This document shows, piece by piece, positions 28,447 through 35,471 of a DNA stretch of 35,471 bases. The position numbers were made by a program, and so were the translations under genes. Source of the DNA: Chthonomonadales bacterium. GTDB taxonomy: Bacteria > Armatimonadota > Chthonomonadetes > Chthonomonadales > CAJBBX01. The stretch spans positions 1-35,471 of the forward strand of contig JBMFSQ010000032.1 of the NCBI GenBank assembly GCA_049967475.1, written 5' to 3'. Under the pieces are notes generated by a model. The model was not told the DNA's origin and did not search any database. It saw nothing but the letters and a program-made list of their open reading frames with translations. Each line of letters starts with the position of its first letter. Within the stretch, counting starts at the first letter, position 1.

Positions 28447-29775
28447 ATGTCCGCATCGAACAAGCCGAACGCTCGGATAAGCCGCAGACAGATCTTGACA
28501 CGCGGCGTGCAGTTGGCTGCAGGAGCCATTCTTTTCCCCGACGTTGTGCCCGCCTCTGCCTTGGGTCGAAGCGGCAAAACGGCTCCCAGCAACCGCATCG
28601 TTTTGGGGCATATCGGTGTGGGCGGCCAGGGCACGCAGCACCTCGTGGGTGGCCCGTGGACGCCTGCCGGCGGTACCACCGGGCGGGACGACGTTCAGGT
28701 GGTAGCCGTGTGCGACGTAAACCGCCTTCGTTTGGAGAATGCGCGGAAGCTCGTGAACCAGCGCTACGGCAACAACGATTGCGCCGCATACAGGGATTTT
28801 CGCGAACTTCTGGCTAGGCCCGATATAGACGCCGTGCTCATCGCCGTTGGAGAGCGATGGCATCCGCTTCTCTCCATGTACGCCGCTCGGGCAGGAAAAG
28901 ACATCTACTGCGAGAAGCCCAGCTCCGTAACGATCCAAGAGGCCATAGCCCTGCGGGAGGCCATCCGCCGGTACGGCGCTGTATTTCAAGCGGGGACACA
29001 GCAGCGAAGCAGTTACTCCTTCCGTCACGCGTGCGAACTCGTGCGTAACGGATACATCGGGCAAGTGAAGGAAGTCGTAGTGGGCGTGGGCGGCCCGCCC
29101 ACCTATCGCATGTGCAACCTTCCCGCCGAGCCTGTTCCAGACTGGCTGGATTACGACCTTTGGCTGGGCCCTCCGCCGTGGCGGCCCTACAACTCGGCCT
29201 ATGTGGGCGGATGGATGGCTTATCGCGACTTTTCGGGCGGGGAGATGACGAACTGGGGGGCGCACCACTGGGATATCGCCCAGTGGGGACTGGGAATGGA
29301 TACCAGCGGGCCCGTAGAGGTCATTCCACCGAACGGGAAAGACGTGAAGGTGCTTACGTACCTCTATGCCAACGGCGTCGTAATGACGCGTGATCCCGAA
29401 CGCACGGCACGGGAAGCGCCGGACGGCAACGGCGTCCTCTTCATCGGCACGGAAGGCAAGGTGGCAGTTTGGCGCTACGACCTGAAAACCTGGCCCGAGA
29501 AGCTCAAGAACGTGCGCATCAAGCCGAACGAAATCCACCTGCACTCTGCAGATAATCACCACACGGATTTTCTCAACGCAGTGCGCACGCGCAGCCGTCC
29601 CGGCGCTGACGTGGCCATCGCGGCTCGGTCCATCACGGTGGCCCATCTTGGGAATATCGCCTATGAACTCGGCCGCCCCATTCGGTGGGACCCCGTGCAC
29701 GAACGCTTTGTGAACGATCCCGAAGCAGATCGTCTCTTCGCTCGAGCGGCGCGGCCGCCCTGGCATCTGTTCTGA
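28447..29775 (+). CDS. Tat-exported Gfo/Idh/MocA family NAD(P)-dependent oxidoreductase
   Basis: SRRQIL twin-arginine signal. IGVGGQG, VAVCDV, GKDIYCEKP, GTQQRS, YDLWLGP, NWGAHHWD. Confidence 0.93.
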   Translation: MSASNKPNARISRRQILTRGVQLAAGAILFPDVVPASALGRSGKTAPSNRIVLGHIGVGGQGTQHLVGGPWTPAGGTTGRDDVQVVAVCDVNRLRLENARKLVNQRYGNNDCAAYRDFRELLARPDIDAVLIAVGERWHPLLSMYAARAGKDIYCEKPSSVTIQEAIALREAIRRYGAVFQAGTQQRSSYSFRHACELVRNGYIGQVKEVVVGVGGPPTYRMCNLPAEPVPDWLDYDLWLGPPPWRPYNSAYVGGWMAYRDFSGGEMTNWGAHHWDIAQWGLGMDTSGPVEVIPPNGKDVKVLTYLYANGVVMTRDPERTAREAPDGNGVLFIGTEGKVAVWRYDLKTWPEKLKNVRIKPNEIHLHSADNHHTDFLNAVRTRSRPGADVAIAARSITVAHLGNIAYELGRPIRWDPVHERFVNDPEADRLFARAARPPWHLF

Positions 29776-29818
29776 AGTGGATGGCGCCGCCCACCCGGAC
29801 CCACACGGTACATTCGCG

Positions 29819-32413
29819 ATGAACGCATTCCGCACCCGATGGATGAAGCAGTTGAAGATCGTGATGCTCGCACATCCGATCGCGTTTGCGCTGGCTGGAG
29901 CAGCTTTATGCCCTCCGGCCCCTGTTGCTGCGCAGCAGCCGGGGTTTATGAACCGCCTGCGCACCTACCATTTCGGGGCCGATGCGCAACTTCCCGACGA
30001 AGTAGACGCATGGGTGCACTCATCACTGAAGCAACCCGACGCTCGCCGAGCAGTTGCGCGCCGGCTTGCCCGATTGCTTGGACCTGATGTGCCCTTCGAC
30101 GCGCGTCAGTTGGTGTGCCGAGAGCTTGTGTTGGTTGCTACTCCCCTCGAGGTCCCCGCTCTTCTCCCCCTCCTCCACGATCGGCAGCTTGCGCCCTATG
30201 CCCTAATGGTTCTCGAGCGCATCCCGGGTCCCCAAGTGGATCGGGCTTTGATTGGTGAAATGGCCGGCCTCGACGGCGATGAACTCATCGGCGTGATAGA
30301 CGCATTCGCCGCCCGTCGGAGCCGTTTGGCCATGCCGCACATCGGGAAGCTCCTGGCATCACGCGATGCGCAGATCGCCGAAGCCGCTGCAACAGCTCTG
30401 GCGTGGATCGGCGGCGAGGATGCGGCCCGCCTTCTTCGTGAAGCCGTGTTGTACGGAGAAGCAACCACGCAAAGGATCGCCGGACACGCCCTGCTCACCC
30501 TTGCCGAACGCGAACGCGCTTCAGGGCATCTCCGGCAAGCCCTGGTCTGCTACGCAGCACTCCGTCACGCAAGCGGTGACCCGTCTCTCAGCGCAGCTTC
30601 ATTGCGGGGCACTGCTCTAGCCTTGGGAGCAGGCGGCGTGCCCCTGCTTCTCCACGCGCTTCAGGCGGGGCCCAAACGGATGAAGGAAATCGCTGCGGCA
30701 ACGCTGCGTGACATGCCCGGACCCGCGGCAACGCATAGCCTCTGCGCCGCCTTAAACAAGCTCCGGCCCGAGCCACGAAAACTCGTTATCGAGGCACTGG
30801 CCGACCGCAGAGACCCATCGGCGCAGGCGGCAGTGGCCCGCCAGGTGTCCAGCCGGGATGCGGGCATCCGCACTGCCGCGCTCCGCGCTCTGGGGGCTTT
30901 GGGCAACGCCTCGGTGGTGCCTGTACTGCTCCATTACGCGGCCACGGGTTCTCCTGCAGACCGTGAAGCGGCAGCCCGCAGCCTCACGGAGCTGCAGGAC
31001 GCCCGCGTGGATGGGAAGCTCATTGCAGCAGCCGAGACCTCGGGAGGAGAAGTTTGCCTCGCAGCGATCCGGGCCCTAGCCGAGCGCGGTGCCCGAATTG
31101 CAGTTCCGTTCCTGCTCCGGGCAGCCGCAGGGCCCGACAACCGGATCGGTCTCGCGGCCGCGCGGGCGCTGCGGGATCTGGCAGGGTCAGATCAGCTCGG
31201 CGCCCTCGTGAAATTGATGGTTCGCACCTCACCCGCACGCGCCCAGATGCTGGCCGACACCGTTGCCGACATCGCCCGCAGATGCCCCGATCGCAACGTG
31301 CCCATCACCCTTTTGGAACACAACCTCCGCACAACGCGAGACCCCAGAAAGAGATCTCTGCTTTTGGAGGCATTGGCGCAATTGGGAGGAGCCCGGCCCC
31401 TGGCCGTATTGAGGTCCTCCCTGCGCGATCCCGACGCGGACGTGCGGGCGACGGCTCTGCGCCTTCTGGCTGAATGGCAAAGCAGCGAACCGGCTCCTGA
31501 CCTCCTTTCGATCGCTCGAACCGCCCCCGACACCACCACACGGGCTGTGGCCCTGCGCGGCTTCGTGCGGATGGTGGCTCTGGATACCAGCCTTTCTCCT
31601 GCTGCCGCCCTTGCCCGATATCGCGACGCTTTGAGCCTGGCACGCAGCGCGGATGAGCGCCGCCAGGTTCTTTCAGGCATCGCTAGGGTTCGGTCCAGGG
31701 ATGCCCTTGCCCTGGCCGCTTCCTTCTTGAATGACGCCGAAGTAAGGGCAGAAGCGGAAGCCGCCGTAGTTCAGATTGCCGCATGCACGGCAGGAACGTG
31801 GCCTGAGGACACGCGTGCACTTCTGGAGCCGATTGCCGGCTCTTCCGCCAATGAGGATATCCGCAAGCGTGCCGCGCAACTGTTGGAGTCCATGGATCAT
31901 TTCGGCGGCTTCGACATGGCTTGGGAAGTGTCTCCCCCCTATTCCCGGCAAGGGGTAGATTACGCGCACCTCTTCGATATGCCGTTTCCGCCGGAAGATC
32001 CCAACTTAGCCCGGCAGGTTCCATGGCAGCTCATGCCCGTGGGACTGAACCCCGAACAGCCATGGCTTGTGGACCTGCTGGGATTGTGGGGAGGCGAGCA
32101 ACGCGTAGCGTACCTCCGCACGCAGGTGTGGTGCAATGCATCCCGGGATCTCGTGCTTTCTGTGGGCAGCGATGACGGCGTCAAAGCCTGGTGGAACGGC
32201 GAGGTTGTCCTTGCCCAAAACGTCGCACGAGCAGTCGCCCCGGATCAGGACCGCGTGACGGTGCACGCCCGAGCAGGCTGGAACTCACTGATGCTCAAAA
32301 TCACGCAGAATATCATGGGATGGGGAGCATGCGCGCGCTTCTTCGATCCCGACGGGACCCCCGCAACGGCGCTGCGCTTTTCCATCCCTTCGGCCACTAC
32401 GGAGACCCGCTGA
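29819..32413 (+). CDS. Secreted HEAT-repeat protein with C-terminal PA14-like/jelly-roll domain
   Basis: Signal-like N-terminus (start uncertain: 29777, 29819 or 29843). Many Ala/Leu-rich HEAT repeats (IRTAALRALGALG, VRATALRLLAEW). C-terminal AYLRT...GSDDGVKAWWNG...GWNSLMLKITQ. Confidence 0.8.
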   Translation: MNAFRTRWMKQLKIVMLAHPIAFALAGAALCPPAPVAAQQPGFMNRLRTYHFGADAQLPDEVDAWVHSSLKQPDARRAVARRLARLLGPDVPFDARQLVCRELVLVATPLEVPALLPLLHDRQLAPYALMVLERIPGPQVDRALIGEMAGLDGDELIGVIDAFAARRSRLAMPHIGKLLASRDAQIAEAAATALAWIGGEDAARLLREAVLYGEATTQRIAGHALLTLAERERASGHLRQALVCYAALRHASGDPSLSAASLRGTALALGAGGVPLLLHALQAGPKRMKEIAAATLRDMPGPAATHSLCAALNKLRPEPRKLVIEALADRRDPSAQAAVARQVSSRDAGIRTAALRALGALGNASVVPVLLHYAATGSPADREAAARSLTELQDARVDGKLIAAAETSGGEVCLAAIRALAERGARIAVPFLLRAAAGPDNRIGLAAARALRDLAGSDQLGALVKLMVRTSPARAQMLADTVADIARRCPDRNVPITLLEHNLRTTRDPRKRSLLLEALAQLGGARPLAVLRSSLRDPDADVRATALRLLAEWQSSEPAPDLLSIARTAPDTTTRAVALRGFVRMVALDTSLSPAAALARYRDALSLARSADERRQVLSGIARVRSRDALALAASFLNDAEVRAEAEAAVVQIAACTAGTWPEDTRALLEPIAGSSANEDIRKRAAQLLESMDHFGGFDMAWEVSPPYSRQGVDYAHLFDMPFPPEDPNLARQVPWQLMPVGLNPEQPWLVDLLGLWGGEQRVAYLRTQVWCNASRDLVLSVGSDDGVKAWWNGEVVLAQNVARAVAPDQDRVTVHARAGWNSLMLKITQNIMGWGACARFFDPDGTPATALRFSIPSATTETR

Positions 32414-32420
32414 ACCCACG

Positions 32421-33290
32421 TCACGGGAATACTACGGTCTTGTTCCCGTGCACAAGGATTCGGTCCTCCACATGCCACTTGAGCGCCCGGGCCAGCACCA
32501 TGCGTTCGATGTAGCGGCCTACTCGCCGAAGGTCCTCTATACTGTGACGGTGGTCCACCCGCACCACATCCTGCTCGATGATGGGTCCCGCGTCTAGGTC
32601 CGAGGTTACATAATGGGCTGTAGCGCCGATGAGCTTCACGCCACGCTCGTAGGCCTGGCGGTAGGGGTTCGCACCGGCGAAGGCAGGCAGGAAGCTGTGG
32701 TGAATGTTGATGATGCGGTTGCGCCACTTCTCCACGAACTCTTCGGAGAGGATCTGCATATAGCGTGCCAGCACCACAACATCGGCCTGGTCTTCGATCA
32801 GGGCCATCTGCTTGCGTTCCGCCTCCAACTTTGCGTCCGGCGACACGGGAACGTAATGAAACGGGATGCCCCATGTGCGGGCGACAGGTTCCAGCACGGT
32901 TCGATTGCTTACGACCATTGCGATGCGGGCGTCCAGATCGCCTGCTCGGTTTTGCCAAAGGATTTCCTGGAGGCAGTGATCTTCCCGGGTAACGAAGATG
33001 GCAAGGCGTTTGGGGATGCCGGCTCGAGCGATGCGCCACGTCATGGCGAATTGCTGGGCCACGGGTGCGAAGGCTCTCTCCAGGCGGGGCAGGACCTCGG
33101 GCAGGCGCGGAAGCTCGAACTCCACGCGCATGAAAAAGAGCCCTCCGGAAGGATCGGTGCTGTGCTGATCTGAGTGGACGATGTTGGCGCCGTTCTCAAA
33201 CAGCACTCCCGCCACGCTTGCCACTATGCCGGGTTGATCTGGGCAGGAGATGAGGAGCCTGCCCCTGTTCGTAAGGTCTTCCATATGCAT
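32421..33290 (-). CDS. purU: Formyltetrahydrofolate deformylase
   Basis: CPDQPGIVA ACT domain, FFMRVEF, LARYMQIL, INIHHSFLPAFAGANPYRQAYERGVKLIGATAHYVT.DLDAGPIIEQD. Start is 33290 or 33284. Confidence 0.96.
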   Translation of the reverse strand: MHMEDLTNRGRLLISCPDQPGIVASVAGVLFENGANIVHSDQHSTDPSGGLFFMRVEFELPRLPEVLPRLERAFAPVAQQFAMTWRIARAGIPKRLAIFVTREDHCLQEILWQNRAGDLDARIAMVVSNRTVLEPVARTWGIPFHYVPVSPDAKLEAERKQMALIEDQADVVVLARYMQILSEEFVEKWRNRIINIHHSFLPAFAGANPYRQAYERGVKLIGATAHYVTSDLDAGPIIEQDVVRVDHRHSIEDLRRVGRYIERMVLARALKWHVEDRILVHGNKTVVFP

Positions 33291-33301
33291 ATTCCAGCCC
33301 G

Positions 33302-34060
33302 TCACCCGCCTGCGCGAAGGTGCGTCGGCGCTTCCGGACGTACAGGTATCTCCTTCATCACGCGCGCCTCTGCCGGAGTGATGAGGGTCGTACAGGCATA
33401 GAACTCCACGCCCGCTTGCAAAGCCAGGAGCATTTCGCGGGCAAACGCTGGGTCCCGATCCCATTGGGGCCGCAGAACGTGCGCATCCGGCCGCTGCACC
33501 ACGAAGCACACGGCACATCGTTCGCCGCCGGCGGCCATGCGGCGCAGATGCGAGAGATGCCGCCGGCCTCGCTCCGTTACCGCATCCGGAAAGTAGGCGC
33601 TTCCGTTCACTACCAGCGTTGCGGATTTTACCTCGAGCCAGCAAGGGCAGAGGCCGTCGCCTTCCAAGCGGAAGTCCGCGCGACTGCGCATCCGTTGATC
33701 CTCCATCGGCGGCAAGGGCACCTCGGCCCGCACCCGGGTGTATGCCGCTAGAGAAGGGAATACGCCCTCTGCAAGGGCCTCCCGAAACAGATCATTGGCC
33801 AGGCGTGACACGACGCTCACCAGGATGCCTTCTGAAGGATGCTCCACGAAGCGGAGGGTGTACTCGGTGGTGCGAACAGACTGACCAGAGTCGCGGCTTA
33901 CGTACACGGTGGCTCCCGGCAACAACAGCTCGGCCAGACGGCCTGGGTCCGGGCAATGAGCATAGACAGCTTCGCCGCCCGGCATGAGGGACACGCGCAC
34001 GAGGAAGCGGTTAGGGCGCTCCATGAAGGTCGCAGCTTGGTTGTGGAACGGGAAGCGCAT
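33302..34060 (-). CDS. sfsA: DNA/RNA nuclease SfsA (sugar fermentation stimulation protein)
   Basis: RPNRF, AHCPDPGRLAELL, SRADF, EVKSATL, FPDAVTERGRRHL, FVVQRPD. Confidence 0.95.
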   Translation of the reverse strand: MRFPFHNQAATFMERPNRFLVRVSLMPGGEAVYAHCPDPGRLAELLLPGATVYVSRDSGQSVRTTEYTLRFVEHPSEGILVSVVSRLANDLFREALAEGVFPSLAAYTRVRAEVPLPPMEDQRMRSRADFRLEGDGLCPCWLEVKSATLVVNGSAYFPDAVTERGRRHLSHLRRMAAGGERCAVCFVVQRPDAHVLRPQWDRDPAFAREMLLALQAGVEFYACTTLITPAEARVMKEIPVRPEAPTHLRAGG

Positions 34061-34101
34061 ACCTTGTGTACTGACCGTACAAAGAGTACCATGGAGGCGG
34101 C

Positions 34102-34694
34102 TTGAAGTTGGCCATCCCTAGTTTTTGGGCGCGCCAGAAGGTGCGTGAGGATCCTCGCCTGCTGGTGGTGCTGGCCCGCATGGCGGTGCGGGTGGTGACG
34201 CGCGCCATGCGGAGCCGGGCCCGCTGCCACCGCAGCCGCAGAGAAAAGTGGCAGAGGTCCCTGCCCAGGGTGGTGCTGGGGTTCCACACGGCCGGAGACC
34301 CCCTGATGGAGTTCCACCCCAGTTCCACCTGTTGTGCACCGACGGCGTATACGGGGAGGACGGAGGCTTCTAGGGGGTGCCCTGGGACGTTGCAGCGCTC
34401 TTGGAGGAGTTCCGCTGCGCAGTGCTGGACGCGCGGCTGCTCGCCTACCACTCGCTGACCGGGCTTTCGCCGTCCAGCTATATCGTGCCGGATGACCTGC
34501 AGGTGCTGCGGGTATTGCTCGGTGTTCGGGAGTACGCACAGAGGCAAGCAACCACGTGCGACAACCTCATCGTCAAATACCTGCTGCGATTCGGCCACAC
34601 CTTCGGATCCACGGCAAAGGTGTCCAACCCCCTCCGAAGGGGAATCTTCGAGGGCGTCGCGAATCTCCTGAAGCCTTTCCAGGAACCGCTGTAG
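34102..34694 (+). pseudogene. Degenerate IS91-like (Y2/HUH) transposase fragment
   Basis: Joining two frames gives ...FHTAGDPLMEFHP / QFHLLCTDGVYGEDGGF*GVPWDVAALLEEFRCAVL..., matching the IS91-type HTxGDxLxxHPHxHxLxTDG motif. Frameshift in a C-run at ~34320, in-frame TAG at 34371, no N-terminal Zn-binding domain. The 3' boundary of homology is uncertain. Confidence 0.75.
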
Positions 34695-34938
34695 AACGCG
34701 CCCCGAGATTGCGGGTCAGTCCCGGCGCGTTGAGGGAAATCAAGACCAGCACTAGGACGGCTAATAGGTGGCTTTGGCGAATCGTGCAACGACGATGGCA
34801 GGGTTGGGCGTCTTGAATATGGCCTTTGTTGCACACTGTATCCAGCTCTAGGGCACATTGGTAAATTCCCAAACAAAGCGAGTATATTGGTCATTGCGTT
34901 CGATGGCTTCTTCTACCTGAGTAAATCGGGAGGCAATC

Positions 34939-35135
34939 ATGGTGCCGTGCTCGTCACCCTTCTCTGTGTCCGGGTTCGTCCGGAGCCGCCCGAGCGGCCA
35001 TGGGGCGCAGCCAACAATGTCATCCTCATTGCCGACAACGCCCCCGATTTCACCGACGTCGAGTCCTACCTCCGGTCCATCACCTCCCAGTTCAAGGATC
35101 CGCAAGACCAGGCCATAGCCATCCGGTGCTGGTTG
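34939..35135 (+). pseudogene. Frameshifted, truncated 5' fragment of a secreted hypothetical protein
   Basis: GGGAGG RBS plus ATG 34939, out of frame with the coding-like segment AVLVTLLC...NVILIADNAPDFTDVESYLRSITSQFKDPQDQAIAI. Confidence 0.45.
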
Positions 35136-35138
35136 CAA

Positions 35139-35270
35139 CGGCTCCGCAAGGCCATAGAGTGGTTGGCGGTCCGCGGGTCCGGCTAGGTCCGCAACCAGGC
35201 CGAGATCGCCCGCTGGAAGGGCCTCACCCTGGCCCGAGTAACTCAGACCCTGGGCCTGCTCCGCCTTGCG
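35139..35270 (+). pseudogene. HTH fragment of the type associated with site-specific recombinases in mobile elements
   Basis: RLRKAIEWLAVRGSG*VRNQAEIARWKGLTLARVTQTLGLLRLA. The AEIAR..G.T.ARVTQ...LLRLA HTH pattern is interrupted by TAG at 35184. Confidence 0.6.
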
Positions 35271-35471
35271 CTCCAGGCCCAGTTCGTATTCCAGCCAGCG
35301 CATGAGCGGGTGTTGCCGGAGGGCGGGCAGATCGGCCGGCAGCGGTATAGCGAGCGCCCCCTGAAGTTCTTCCCTTGAAGGGGAGCTGCCTTCGGTGAAG
35401 GGCGCAAGCGTCTCTTCTATGACTTGCTCAGGCCTGAACCGGTGGCCGAAGAAACGGGTGGCGAAATCGGC
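35268..35471 (-). pseudogene. Internal fragment of a large DEAD/DEAH (DUF1998-type) helicase, truncated; runs off the right edge
   Basis: Open frame ADFATRFFGHRFRPEQVIEETLAPFT...HPLMRWLEYELGLE resembles the region after motif III in such helicases. The frame then reads the antisense of other fragments to a stop at 34848. Confidence 0.55.

Noticed and set aside
25793..29964. Antisense ORFs of 609 aa and 607 aa
   Set aside because: Shadows of the GH78 and oxidoreductase genes.
34281..34330. GTTCCAC occurring three times
   Set aside because: Explained by repeated Phe-His codons of the transposase motif; not a CRISPR or tandem array.
34695..34731. Inverted repeat AACGCGCC...GGCGCGTT as attC, terminator or IS end
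   Set aside because: Too short for attC, no U-tract, and no recognisable oriIS/terIS sequence; left unassigned.
34371..35186. Two in-frame TAG stops as evidence of amber recoding
   Set aside because: They occur with frameshifts and truncations in decayed DNA, and TAG terminates intact genes in this window (e.g. 9262, 20067, 28144).
34848..35303. 151-aa minus-strand ORF as a real gene
   Set aside because: Only its first residues belong to the helicase fragment; the rest is antisense read-through of other fragments.
1..35471. tRNA, rRNA, CRISPR arrays and intrinsic terminators
   Set aside because: None recognised by eye; no repeat-spacer periodicity or convincing stem plus U-tract. A covariance-model scan was not possible.

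Overview
GC-rich bacterial DNA. About 32 kb (43-32413) is a dense glycan-degradation cluster: two divergent GH38-type mannosidase-family genes, an unassigned TIM-barrel glycosidase-like gene, an enolase-superfamily dehydratase, two paralogous GH36-like genes, a Met-rich LolA/DUF2092-like protein, GH106 and GH78 rhamnosidases, an L-fucose/L-arabinose-isomerase-family gene next to rhaT, a beta-helix protein, a CE15 esterase, and a Tat-exported Gfo/Idh/MocA oxidoreductase followed by a HEAT-repeat protein. No SusC/D, TonB, ABC transporter or regulator gene is visible in the window. Housekeeping-type purU and sfsA follow. The last ~1.4 kb is a mosaic of broken genes: an IS91-like HUH transposase, a secreted-protein 5' fragment, a recombinase-associated HTH fragment and a large-helicase fragment. 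The gene repertoire is compatible with Armatimonadota or a PVC-like host, but that is a weak inference. All family calls come from motif recognition by eye, not from database searches.
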